Source of the DNA: Terriglobia bacterium
Lineage (GTDB): Bacteria; Acidobacteriota; Terriglobia; Acidiferrales; UBA7541
Direction of reading: 5' to 3'
Length of the DNA: 64,000 nt
Assembly (NCBI GenBank): GCA_963695545.1
Contig: OY968796.1
Coordinates: 1,600,001-1,664,000, forward strand
The position numbers and the translations under genes are program-made. This document shows positions 1 through 10,202 of this stretch, in pieces. The notes beneath the pieces were generated by a model. It saw only the letters and a list, made by a program, of their open reading frames with translations, did not search any database and was not told the DNA's origin. Numbering within the stretch: position 1 is the first letter of the stretch; every line of letters starts with the position of its first letter.

Positions 1-503
1 CCGTCGAAATCCTGCGCGACGAGCTAACGCTGGTCGTGCCGCCGAATCATCGCCTGGCGAAGAAAAAAGAAGTGGATTTGTCGGAGCTCGCTTCGGAAAC
101 TTTCGTCGCGCACATCGTCGATTCGCCCTACCGCAGCGGCGTGATGCAAATGTTCGCGCGCCACAATGTTCCGCTGCACATGGATTTCGAGCTGCCCACG
201 ATCGAATCGATCAAGCGCTTCGTCGAGATGGGCATGGGCGTGGCCATCGTGCCGCGCATGTGCGTCGAATGGGACATCGATCGCGGCCGTCTGGCCGAAG
301 TGCGCGTCAAGCAAATGAAGTTGCCGCGCCATCTCTACATCGTATCGCGCCGCGGCTCGCGCCTTTCCCACGCCGCGCTCGGACTGATGAAGCTGCTGAA
401 GCCGGGAACTCCGCCGGCGGCAGAAGCCTCGAACGGATCAAACGGCGCGTCGCCCGCGGCGGAGAAACCCGCAAAGAAAAAAGAGACCTCGCGCTCGGCC
501 TGA
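1..503 (+). CDS. LysR-type transcriptional regulator, C-terminal substrate-binding domain (5' truncated by window edge)
   Basis: Open frame from the window start. The sequence TIESIKRFVEMGMGVAIVP...RGRLAEVRV matches the LysR substrate-binding domain, followed by a low-complexity tail. Confidence 0.85.
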   Translation, partial: VEILRDELTLVVPPNHRLAKKKEVDLSELASETFVAHIVDSPYRSGVMQMFARHNVPLHMDFELPTIESIKRFVEMGMGVAIVPRMCVEWDIDRGRLAEVRVKQMKLPRHLYIVSRRGSRLSHAALGLMKLLKPGTPPAAEASNGSNGASPAAEKPAKKKETSRSA

Positions 504-524
504 CGGAATTCCAGCATCGCCCAC

Positions 525-562
525 AAAAACAAAAAGGCCCGCCGGATAAATCCGGCGGGCCT
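525..562 (-). terminator. Rho-independent terminator of the 16S transcript (possibly bidirectional)
   Basis: 12-bp stem AGGCCCGCCGGA (535-546) / TCCGGCGGGCCT (551-562) with a 4-nt loop. The A-tract at 525-535 gives a U-tract on the minus strand. Confidence 0.85.
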
Positions 563-596
563 AAGTATTTTGGCCAGCTCTTTTTTCAATTTGGTG

Positions 597-622
597 CCGG
601 ACTGCGCGGAGCGCATTGCTTC
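597..622. repeat. Copy of dispersed ~27 bp hairpin repeat
   Basis: CCGGACTGCGCGGAGCGCATTGCTTC is the near reverse complement of the units at 9948-10001 and 13917-13970. Confidence 0.75.
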
Positions 623-628
623 GGCTTT

Positions 629-650
629 GAATGATATCTGTCAGAACCCG
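629..650 (-). other. 3' strand of the 16S precursor processing stem
   Basis: GAATGATATCTGTCAGAACCCG is an inverted repeat (20/22) of 2451-2472, so the two flank the 16S gene. Confidence 0.8.
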
Positions 651-783
651 TAAGGCTTTGAAGAGTCAAGCAACGTCTCGGTCCGTGAGAACCAAGACCC
701 CCTAGCCGCTCGTGAGAGCGATTCGGGGACTTTGGACAGCTTCCCCTGCACACCTGCACAGGTTCCACTGCCACTTTATTTAG

Positions 784-2321
<1,538 letters not shown>

Positions 2322-2450
2322 ATCCTTTGCCGAAAAATGAAAAACCCCGAATCGCTTCGGGGCCAGACATCTTCCTGCGAACTCTTTAATTGTCGCTCGA
2401 TTTCCTCAAATAGCTTGGCTTACCTTCCGGCAATCCAAGTGTGAACCGAA

Positions 2451-2491
2451 CGGGTTCTGGCACATATCATTCGACCAAATTGTCAAAGAGC
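2451..2491 (-). promoter_or_regulatory. rRNA leader: boxA-like antiterminator and 5' strand of the processing stem
   Basis: Minus strand reads GCTCTTTGACAATT (2478-2491, boxA-like), then GAATGATATGTGCCAGAACCCG (2451-2472), which pairs with 629-650. Confidence 0.75.
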
Positions 2492-2542
2492 GGGCCTCCT
2501 GTCCAGCAGGCAGGCTAACAACTTCTTACAGGCAACCGACTG

Positions 2543-2570
2543 AGTCTAGCAGGTTCTGCGATTAAGTCAA
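2543..2570 (-). promoter_or_regulatory. Sigma70-type rRNA promoter
   Basis: Minus strand TTGACT-16 nt-TAGACT upstream of boxA and the 16S gene. Confidence 0.7.
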
Positions 2571-2606
2571 TCGAATAAGTCGCATCGAAATTGCCTCTCT
2601 TTTTTG

Positions 2607-2730
2607 GTCATCCCGAGCGAGCGCAGCGACGAGGGACCTCTCTGTGCTGTTGCTCTCGGTTTGCCTTCAACGTTGTCACCCCGAACCCGGTCGCCCGCAA
2701 TTGGCGAACGCGGGTGAGGCTCTGCTTTTT
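2607..2730 (+). repeat. Two REP-like palindromic units (GTCATCCCG/GTCACCCCG-tagged)
   Basis: GTCATCCCGAGCGAGCGCAGCGACGAGGGACCT (2607-2639) and TGTCACCCCGAACCCG...CGGGTGAGGCTCTGC (2674-2725) resemble the CGTC-tagged REP family. Confidence 0.55.
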
Positions 2731-2793
2731 CTTTCTGCCCGTTTTTCGCATCCGCGAAAAATTACCCGCGCTATAATCCCCCCAGAGGAACCC

Positions 2794-3003
2794 ATGAAAT
2801 CCACCGGCGGCAAACCCAAGAAGGACCAACCCAAAATCGCCGTCTCCCGCGATAAGGTTCGCAACGCGCGCGACAATTTTCGCATCGCCGAAAGCAAAAC
2901 CAAGATCAGGGTTCCTCTCGCAGACAGGCGCTCGGATACTCGCGCAAAGCGTCGTCTGTCGAAGGGTGCCTTAAAGCAATTTCAAGACAAACTTAACCGC
3001 TAA
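2794..3003 (+). CDS. Small highly basic hypothetical protein (69 aa)
   Basis: ATG at 2794 preceded by GAGGA RBS and TATAAT at 2772-2777. K/R-rich sequence. Confidence 0.6.
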   Translation: MKSTGGKPKKDQPKIAVSRDKVRNARDNFRIAESKTKIRVPLADRRSDTRAKRRLSKGALKQFQDKLNR

Positions 3004-3030
3004 ATTCTCGGCCGATTGCCAACCCCTCGC

Positions 3031-4401
3031 CTAAAGAGCCCCGTCGATACCGTCGGTAACATCGGGGGTTGTGACGGAATTTGCAGCTGCAGAAGCGGCA
3101 GCCGCGACGCAAGCCGCGTCAATTGTTGTTATCCCCGTATTCACTGCATGCAGAACGACATTGGCAGCGCGCGAGAGTAGCATGCGCGGGTGAACCGTTT
3201 CGCGATCCTCAAGCAAGGCCTCAATCCCGCCTTCCGAAAACGGAGCAATCGTTCCCCTCTCGCTCGAATTGATCCGGTAATAATCCAGATGCGCGATAAT
3301 GATCTGACGGGCCTGGTCCTTGCTCGGGAAAGTCAATTCCACGGAATTTGGCGACGACGGATCGAGCCGGGCGATCGCAGAAAGGCCTGCATCGCCCCAC
3401 GCTTGGGCCAACCCCACTGACGCCTGCTGATGGGTGGTCAATACGCAGGATAAAAAGTTGTATGCAGAATTCGCATAACCGGGGCGCACCGTGCAGAGCG
3501 CGAACTCCTTGGCGAACTCGATTCGGTGTTTGCGGGTCATCTGATCAACCAAGTTCTCAATGTCATCGATAAAGAGATACCCGCCAGCGAAGTCGGCCGC
3601 TCTTAGATAATTGACCAAGTCATTGAATAATAGAGATCTTGAGTAATCAAGGATCTGCGTATCGCGCGGAACATAGAAAGGCTCAAGGGAGCCATCTCGT
3701 CGAAAGGAGCGAAGGTAGTCCTCGAATTTTCCTTGCGCCAAGGGCACGGCGCTGCGAGGTTCGACTCCTGAGGCGATGAGCTTTTCGGTGATGGCATCGT
3801 CGACTTGGGAAGGGTTTATGCCGTTCGACTCCAACACCGAATCGCGAAGCAAGTTTTCAAAATCCTCCGTACCATCGGGACTCACCAGGATCGATTGGCG
3901 TACCTCTGGTTCAAGCTTTTGGAAGCGAAGCGCGGCGCGCGAAGCTTTTAGAACGCCACTCCTGCAGGAATCAACCAGCGCTGACAGCGCAAGTTGTTCC
4001 ATATAACGACGGTCGACCTGTGCGGGAAATGAAACGTACAGCACACATGCAGAAAAATTTCCGCCGAACTCTGTTGCACCCCAATCGTGATTGATCCTAT
4101 GCCGAAAATAGCGAAGAAGCGCTGTCTTTCCTACCCCGCGGCCCGTTTCGCGGTCGCCCTTCGCCCACAGATACGCTAAGCGGGCTCTATTTAGAAAATC
4201 CTCCGGAGAAATCAGCAATCGTTCGAACTTTTCAATTGCTTCCTTGGCGGCTGACTCTGCATAGATGCCCCCATTCTTGCGCGGATCATCGTTGTATGGA
4301 TTGATCACCGGATCCGTCGGAAAAGGCAAGTCCCGCAGCCCGAGTGGCTCGTATCGGGACGAGACCTTAACTTGGCCCGGACGTGGAATGGAAAGCGGCA
4401 T
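3031..4401 (-). CDS. P-loop AAA+ family ATPase (candidate defence ATPase)
   Basis: Walker A GRGVGKT and Walker B YLFIDDIE. N-terminal YEPLGLRDLPF resembles ExeA/AAA_22 N-termini. Lid-like HPRMLL segment near the C-terminus. Confidence 0.85.
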   Translation of the reverse strand: MPLSIPRPGQVKVSSRYEPLGLRDLPFPTDPVINPYNDDPRKNGGIYAESAAKEAIEKFERLLISPEDFLNRARLAYLWAKGDRETGRGVGKTALLRYFRHRINHDWGATEFGGNFSACVLYVSFPAQVDRRYMEQLALSALVDSCRSGVLKASRAALRFQKLEPEVRQSILVSPDGTEDFENLLRDSVLESNGINPSQVDDAITEKLIASGVEPRSAVPLAQGKFEDYLRSFRRDGSLEPFYVPRDTQILDYSRSLLFNDLVNYLRAADFAGGYLFIDDIENLVDQMTRKHRIEFAKEFALCTVRPGYANSAYNFLSCVLTTHQQASVGLAQAWGDAGLSAIARLDPSSPNSVELTFPSKDQARQIIIAHLDYYRINSSERGTIAPFSEGGIEALLEDRETVHPRMLLSRAANVVLHAVNTGITTIDAACVAAAASAAANSVTTPDVTDGIDGAL

Positions 4402-5492
4402 CAGACCCTCCTTATCAGGTTGAAGACTTGGATTGCGCCCCGATTTCTCACTAACGGCTTTCGCCGCCCAGAAATCCCCTCATAAGTCAGGCCAACCGTA
4501 ACAGGCGAGGGTTGAAGGTCCAAAAGCTCGTTAATACCCTCGTCAAACGCCGCCTCCGGTACCATCAATTTTTCGCAGACGACGTCGCGAACCTGGGGCA
4601 AATCGTAATAGCCTGCCTGTGGGACCTGCTTCGAGAAGGAATCCTCGATGGCGGCGAGGAGCGTTTGTTGCATCCGGGCATCCTTCATGTTTGGTTCAGA
4701 TAGATAAACACTGTATGGCTCGCCGTTTGCCAGATTGACGGCGATCATCGTATACCAGCCGACCGTCGGCGCGTCGGAGCGACAAGGCGAATAGCTCTTG
4801 GCGAATTCGCAATCCTCTACTGTGGCTTTCATGATATTTAGCAAGCGTAGACTCAGTAAGCGGTCGCACATCGAACGAAAGAGCGGAACACTGATTCGGC
4901 TGCCAGGAAACAGACTCCGCAAAATGAGGTCCCGCAGGAGGTTTTCCGTCTTCTTCGGAGTCTCGGCGTTCCCGCTTTGCAGGGCCTCGGCGGCAACGAC
5001 GGCTGCTTCGGAACCGACCGTCGGTTTGACTAAACGCTCGATATAGTCCTTCTGCGTGTACTTCTTCGCGTCCACGACTGGATTCCAGATGCACGCTCCA
5101 TCTAATTGCTTCGCGAACACCTCGCGGAGGTTGTCGTAGGTCTTGAAATGAAGCTCGATCATTTTGTGCCGAAGCTCAAGATGCCTACCCGAATTCAATA
5201 ATTGAAGGGCTTCCTCGCCCGCTTCTGTCAGAGAGTAGCCTTTGCCGTGCGATGCCTTGGCGAGGCCAAGGTGGACGAGTTCCTGACAAACCTTTTCCCC
5301 CACCGACTGGAAGTCTCCCCTTGGAGCGGAAAGCATAAGTCGTAACGCTTTGTCGCTCGCATATTTCAGGACGTTTCGGGATACAGTGCTAAATTGGGCT
5401 TCCCTAGTGGAATCTTTCGGCAAGCTCGCAAGAACCCTGATTCCGATGTAGTGATAACCAACATCCGTCACATTGTAGCTGGAGATATTCAC
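4401..5492 (-). CDS. Hypothetical protein with predicted multiple winged-helix domains (363 aa)
   Basis: GTG at 5492 overlaps the upstream stop (GTGA), and its TGA overlaps the ATPase ATG. wHTH-like segments ELVHLGLA..GYSLTEAG, LFRSMCDRLLSLRLL and YYDLPQVRDVVCEKL..AFDEGINELL. Confidence 0.75.
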   Translation of the reverse strand: MNISSYNVTDVGYHYIGIRVLASLPKDSTREAQFSTVSRNVLKYASDKALRLMLSAPRGDFQSVGEKVCQELVHLGLAKASHGKGYSLTEAGEEALQLLNSGRHLELRHKMIELHFKTYDNLREVFAKQLDGACIWNPVVDAKKYTQKDYIERLVKPTVGSEAAVVAAEALQSGNAETPKKTENLLRDLILRSLFPGSRISVPLFRSMCDRLLSLRLLNIMKATVEDCEFAKSYSPCRSDAPTVGWYTMIAVNLANGEPYSVYLSEPNMKDARMQQTLLAAIEDSFSKQVPQAGYYDLPQVRDVVCEKLMVPEAAFDEGINELLDLQPSPVTVGLTYEGISGRRKPLVRNRGAIQVFNLIRRV

Positions 5493-6289
5493 TGTTTTAG
5501 TTCGGCCTTGGTCGATTTGAATTCCCTCAGAAGGCGCAGACACTCGGCATTTGCTTCTCTCAGATCTTGACTCAGCGCCTTCGAATCCATACAACACGCC
5601 GCTTGTACCAGGATCGCGTTATCAGAGAGATATCCGCAGCGACTACTCAGCCAAGTTGCGTCCAGAGCCGTGCTCAGTCGATGGACTGTCGCCCAGAAAT
5701 CATCAAGCTGGCCCTCAAGTCGTTCACCGACTGTCATTCCCAATCGAGTTTCGGCTCCCATTCTTTGCGCCGAATCGACGAGGATCGGAAGAGGCCTTAG
5801 TCCGGGCCCGACCGGGTGTATTCCTAGGCCGAGGCATGCAGCAAGCCCGCTTTCCTCGAATCCTGATACGGAAATGAAAACAGGACAAATATCCTTCAAC
5901 ATCAGCCTCGGGTTTGCTGCGACGTAGTCGAGAATCTTTGCGAAGAAGACGATGACCTCGTTTTTCGTCGGCAGCCCGGATTCCCAATGTTTGAGCTCCA
6001 CGATTGCCGACGCTTCGTCGTGCTGCCCAACCAGATCAATCTCGTGATTTGTCCCTGACGCGGTCAGTAGATCGTCGCCGAGTTGCATCTCTCGTGCCAG
6101 CGATATTCTCCATTCCGGTAATCGGGAGACACAAGTCGCTCGAAAGGCTTCCTCGAAACCCTGGTCAGGTAGGAGCTCTCGGTTCGCGTGAGGCCACACA
6201 TCATTGAGAAATCTATAGCAACATTTCAGGAAATCTACGAGATCGCTGGAAACGATGTTCGCTGTTTTCAAATCCATTTCGGTTGGCAT
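5489..6289 (-). CDS. Mrr-like PD-(D/E)xK restriction endonuclease domain protein
   Basis: Motifs in Mrr_cat order: GFEEAF helix, SGTNHEID, IVELKHW, VIVFFAKILD, FISVSGF, and ACLGLGI. Confidence 0.8.
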   Translation of the reverse strand: MPTEMDLKTANIVSSDLVDFLKCCYRFLNDVWPHANRELLPDQGFEEAFRATCVSRLPEWRISLAREMQLGDDLLTASGTNHEIDLVGQHDEASAIVELKHWESGLPTKNEVIVFFAKILDYVAANPRLMLKDICPVFISVSGFEESGLAACLGLGIHPVGPGLRPLPILVDSAQRMGAETRLGMTVGERLEGQLDDFWATVHRLSTALDATWLSSRCGYLSDNAILVQAACCMDSKALSQDLREANAECLRLLREFKSTKAELKQ

Positions 6290-6319
6290 TATCGCACGAA
6301 GATAAGCCCAGTGTTTCTA

Positions 6320-6367
6320 TCACCCGGCGGAGAGCTTGCGTAGCGAATCGACGTACGGCGCGCGGGC
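6320..6367 (-). repeat. Displaced duplicate of the mtnA 3' end (att-like direct repeat of 6869-6916)
   Basis: 44/48 nt identical to 6869-6916. Both copies encode [19 protein letters not shown], and all 4 differences are synonymous. Confidence 0.9.
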
Positions 6368-6457
6368 CAGTTCGCGCTTCGCAACGGTCTGTTTTCGCGA
6401 ACCCGCCATTCGAAATAATTTCCACAACCTTTCTCCTCGAATACACGATCAGTAACA

Positions 6458-6487
6458 TTGACGCGCACAATACCACTGTGCTATCCT
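6458..6487 (+). promoter_or_regulatory. Putative sigma70 promoter with extended -10 inside the islet
   Basis: TTGACG-18 nt-TATCCT preceded by TG, with an ATG 5 nt downstream (6493). Confidence 0.5.
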
Positions 6488-6656
6488 AAACCATGAATCG
6501 CAGCCGCACAGTCTCGCGCGCCGGATCTCGCCCTGAAGCAGCGGCGCCTTCTTTTCCGTTGGGCGGACCGACCGCGGGCGGAGAAGCCCCACCAGACGGT
6601 GTCCCTACTGCCGCCAGTTGCGACAACGCGTTGCAACTAGGCGACGTTCCCAGATC

Positions 6657-6817
6657 TGTTGATTATGAAGGACTTACAAGGCAGCTAAGCCTCTTTAGAA
6701 TCAACACTTCCAGGAAATCGCGCAACTTTTTGATCGCATTCATAACAAACGATTTCAAGCCTTCTGGAATCAACACTTACGTGAAAAAAGGCCAGAACCC
6801 CTCTAGAATCAACACTT
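6657..6817. repeat. Cluster of GAATCAACACTT repeats (three direct, one inverted and degenerate)
   Basis: Exact GAATCAACACTT at 6698-6709, 6767-6778 and 6806-6817. Inverted TGTTGATTATGAAGGACTTA at 6657-6676. Confidence 0.85.
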
Positions 6818-6868
6818 CCAAAAAACAGGGAGGGGGGGAGGGCTGCCTGCCGAATCTCGAAATTTCAA

Positions 6869-7912
6869 TCACCCGGCGGAGAGTTTGCGGAGCGAATCGA
6901 CGTAGGGGGCGCGGGCTACGCCGCGCTCGGTGATGATTGCGGCGATCAGGCGCGCGGGGGTCACGTCGAACGCGGGATTGCCGACTTCAACGTCGGGCGC
7001 GACGCGCACGCCGCGAAAGTGGGTGACTTCTTCGGCGGCGCGCTGCTCGATGGGAATGTGTTCGCCCGAGGGAATCGAAAGATCGAGCGTGGAAATTGGT
7101 GCGGCCACATAAAACGGCACGCCGTGCTCGCGCGCCAAGACAGCAATCTGATATGTGCCGATCTTGTTGGCGGTGTCACCGTTGGAGGCGATGCGGTCCG
7201 CGCCGACAACGACGGCTCCGACATCTCCCTTTTTCAAGTAGTGGCCGACCATGTTGTCGGTGATCAGCGTCAGCGGAATTCCGTCTTCGGCCAACTCCCA
7301 GGCCGTCAGTCGCGCGCCCTGCAAGTACGGCCGCGTCTCCGGCACCAGCACGTGCATCTTGCGGCCGCCCTCGACGGCCATGCGAATCACGCCCAGCGCC
7401 GTGCCGATCCCGCCGGTAGCGAGCGCTCCGGCGTTGCACTGCGTCATCACTTGTCCTTCAGCAGGCAGCAGCGCCGCGCCGAATTTTCCGATCGCTTCGT
7501 CGTTGGCCCACTTTTCCAAGTGCACCAGGCGCGCTTCGGCGACCATTTCCCGCTTCAGCGTTTCCAGATCGCCTGCCGCCGCAAGCGTATCGAATCGCTT
7601 CTGCATTCGCTCGATCGCCCAGAACAAATCCACGGCCGTGGGCCGCGTGCGCGCCAGAGTTTCCGAGATCGTCGCCACTTCGCCGCGCAATTCCTCCACG
7701 CTTCTCGCTTTCGAGCGCTCGACCCCCAGCGCGAATCCCATCGCCGCGGCCACGCCGATGGCCGGCGCGCCGCGAATCACCATGTCCGTGATCGCCGCGG
7801 CCACGTCGCGATAGTCGGTATACGTGTTGCGCACCACTTCGCCGGGCAGACGGCGCTGATCCACCATCACCACGCCTTGCGCGGTCCATTCGATCGGCTG
7901 CGTAACCTTCAT
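6869..7912 (-). CDS. mtnA: S-methyl-5-thioribose-1-phosphate isomerase
   Basis: Motifs [60 protein letters not shown] and NPAFDVTP. Confidence 0.96.
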   Translation of the reverse strand: MKVTQPIEWTAQGVVMVDQRRLPGEVVRNTYTDYRDVAAAITDMVIRGAPAIGVAAAMGFALGVERSKARSVEELRGEVATISETLARTRPTAVDLFWAIERMQKRFDTLAAAGDLETLKREMVAEARLVHLEKWANDEAIGKFGAALLPAEGQVMTQCNAGALATGGIGTALGVIRMAVEGGRKMHVLVPETRPYLQGARLTAWELAEDGIPLTLITDNMVGHYLKKGDVGAVVVGADRIASNGDTANKIGTYQIAVLAREHGVPFYVAAPISTLDLSIPSGEHIPIEQRAAEEVTHFRGVRVAPDVEVGNPAFDVTPARLIAAIITERGVARAPYVDSLRKLSAG

Positions 7913-7978
7913 ATCGTTCCGAGGCGCAAGATTTGCCCCGCGTACCTTTCATCTCCAGGGTTTTCCATGCCGTCCAGC

Positions 7979-8905
7979 CTAACTCGTGAAATGTCGAAGC
8001 CCGCCGGTAGCCACCACGAAGCCGAGAAACAGCAGGCTGTTGTAGCCGAGATGCACCAGATAACTCGCGGCCACTGTGCGCGTTCGCGCGCGCACCCACG
8101 TCAGCACGATCCCCACGATGATCAGCAGCGCAATCTGCGTCCACCCGCCCCACAATTGCGCCGCGTGCATCATCCCGAACACCAATCCCGTAACCACGAT
8201 GCCCACCGGCACGCCGAATTGCCGCGCCACCAGCGGATAAAGGAAGCCGCGAAAAACGGTCTCTTCGACCAGCGGCGCCACCAGAATCCCCAGCGCCATC
8301 AGCATCACCACGCTGGCGCGGCTGTCGAAAAGTTTTTCGATCGGCAATTCGCCGTTCTGTCCGCCGTATCGCCCGATCACGGAAACCGCCACGGCCATCA
8401 CCGCGCCGCCGGCCGCAAATCGCAGCGCCACTCCGCCTGGGCCCAGCTCGGAGCTCGGAAGCGCGCGCCATCCGATCGTTCGCCAGAATGGCTCCGCGGA
8501 GCGCACGCGCACCACGGCGTAGAGATACAACAGCGCCGCGCCGGACCACAGTCCCTGCCCGATCACCAGCACGATCGGACTCAGCGCGTCGCCGTTCCTA
8601 ATGTTCGGCGCGGCAGTGTGGAATATCGCCATGGCCGCAAGCTCGACCACCCACGTCAGCACCATGCTGCTGAGCACGCCGAACAACAAAAACCAAAGCA
8701 AATCGAGCCAGCCCCACGGCACGCGCAGGTCCGGTGGAAGTTCGCGCAGCGGAACAGCCGGAACACTCGCGTCCGTCGTGCTGGTCGCGAAAACCGCGGC
8801 AGGCGGCGTCTCAAGCCCGGGCTCCGTCCGCAGCTCCGCGCTCGGCTGAGTCGTCGCGGGCTCGGCGGACGGCGGCAGCAGCGGATCTGGATTGGTATAG
8901 TTCAT
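7979..8905 (-). CDS. CPBP (CAAX protease/Abi) family intramembrane metalloprotease
   Basis: Multiple TM segments, EExxFRG (PLVEETVFRGFL), FGMMH and HLGYN motifs. Confidence 0.9.
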   Translation of the reverse strand: MNYTNPDPLLPPSAEPATTQPSAELRTEPGLETPPAAVFATSTTDASVPAVPLRELPPDLRVPWGWLDLLWFLLFGVLSSMVLTWVVELAAMAIFHTAAPNIRNGDALSPIVLVIGQGLWSGAALLYLYAVVRVRSAEPFWRTIGWRALPSSELGPGGVALRFAAGGAVMAVAVSVIGRYGGQNGELPIEKLFDSRASVVMLMALGILVAPLVEETVFRGFLYPLVARQFGVPVGIVVTGLVFGMMHAAQLWGGWTQIALLIIVGIVLTWVRARTRTVAASYLVHLGYNSLLFLGFVVATGGLRHFTS

Positions 8906-8944
8906 GCGGATTTTCTGAGGAGCATCAGTGCGGCCCGTGCCCGC

Positions 8945-9925
8945 TCACTTCTCGATCTTCCGATCGTAGTATTGCAACAGATCCTCGAGCGTTTTGCGGA
9001 TCGGGATCGTGGGCTTCCAGCCGGTCAGCTCGCGGCACTTGCGAGTGTCGCAGATTTGCACCGGAATATCGATTGGCCGAACCAGTTTCGGATCCACGGT
9101 AATTTTCACGCGATCCTTCAGGCCGGTCATTTCCAGAAGTTGCTCCACAAGCTGGCCCATGGTGAACGCTTCGTCGCCGCCGACGTTGTATGCCTCGCCG
9201 CCGGCCGCGCGCCGCATCAGCAACGCGTAGGCGCGGCAGGCGTCGCGCACATCCATCACCACGCGCTTGCTCGAAAGCGTGCCCACGCGCAGCACCGGCT
9301 CCTGAAAACCTTTCAGGATGCGCACGATTTGATACACGTCCGACGCGATCGAAAATCGCCGCCCGCGCCGCGGCCCGGTGTGCGAAAACGCGCGCGTCAC
9401 GAAAAACGGCAGCTTTTCGGACGCAGCGCGTTCACGCACATAAAGATCCGCGGCGGCTTTGCTCACGCCGTAGGGATTCACCGGCTCGATCGGAAAGTTT
9501 TCGTCGATCGGACCCTGCGATTCTTTCGGTGCTCCGTAAACCTCGGAGGTCGAGCAGAACATCAGCCGGCACGCCGGCCGATGCACGCGAATGGCTTCGG
9601 CCACATTCACGGTGCCCACCGCGTTCGTCAGAAACGTGCCGCGCGGATCGGCAAAACTTGTCGGCGGATGGCTCTGCGCGGCCAGATGAAACACTCCGTC
9701 GAACGAAACTTCGCGCATCACGTTGGTCAGCGATTCGTAATCGGTCAAATCGCCGAAATGAAAGGTGAGCGTGTCGAATATGCGGTCAGGAACGATGTCG
9801 CGAATATCATCTTCGCGTCCGTTCGAGGTGCGCACGAAGCCGTGCACTTCGTGCTTCTCTTCGACCAGCAAATTGGCCAGGTGCGGCCCGACGAAGCCGG
9901 TGATGCCGGTGATCAAGTAGCGCAT
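8945..9925 (-). CDS. GDP-mannose 4,6-dehydratase / Rmd-like NAD-dependent epimerase
   Basis: MRYLITGITGFVG, HLAAQSH, STSEVYG, PYGVSK and FSHTGP motifs. ATG at 9925 chosen as start. Confidence 0.85.
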   Translation of the reverse strand: MRYLITGITGFVGPHLANLLVEEKHEVHGFVRTSNGREDDIRDIVPDRIFDTLTFHFGDLTDYESLTNVMREVSFDGVFHLAAQSHPPTSFADPRGTFLTNAVGTVNVAEAIRVHRPACRLMFCSTSEVYGAPKESQGPIDENFPIEPVNPYGVSKAAADLYVRERAASEKLPFFVTRAFSHTGPRRGRRFSIASDVYQIVRILKGFQEPVLRVGTLSSKRVVMDVRDACRAYALLMRRAAGGEAYNVGGDEAFTMGQLVEQLLEMTGLKDRVKITVDPKLVRPIDIPVQICDTRKCRELTGWKPTIPIRKTLEDLLQYYDRKIEK

Positions 9926-9947
9926 GTGCGGGTCGAAGACGATCCTT

Positions 9948-10001
9948 TGAAGCAGCGCGTTCCGCGCGGTCCTTCTAAGCAATGCGTTCGGCGCAGTCCG
10001 G
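9948..10001. repeat. Tandem pair of ~27 bp hairpin repeat units
   Basis: TGAAGCAGCGCGTTCCGCGCGGTCC (9948-9972) and TAAGCAATGCGTTCGGCGCAGTCCGG (9976-10001). Confidence 0.75.
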
Positions 10002-10202
10002 AGCGACGACGATGAGCGAACGCGAAATCGCTAGTGTGCCGAGATTCGCGCGCCGCTGTCAAATGCGCTCGGCCCTCGTGCTTGACGCGGCCGGCGGGCC
10101 TGACTTATTCTCCGCGCCGAGGCGACGCACCAGTCCCGCCTCGATCCCAAGCCGCCCGGCAGCCGCTCGCGCTTTTTCAAGACGATTAATTTTGGAGGGG
10201 GA

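Noticed and set aside
563..783. tRNA in the 16S trailer
   Set aside because: Hairpins are present, but there is no cloverleaf or TTCRA T-loop.
6657..6817. Possible mini-CRISPR array
   Set aside because: The exact repeat is only 12 bp, spacing is irregular (69 and 39 nt), one copy is inverted and there are no cas genes.
7019..10015. 998 aa plus-strand ORF
   Set aside because: Antisense shadow of mtnA, the CPBP gene and the dehydratase in high-GC DNA. It has Arg/His-rich composition and no motifs.
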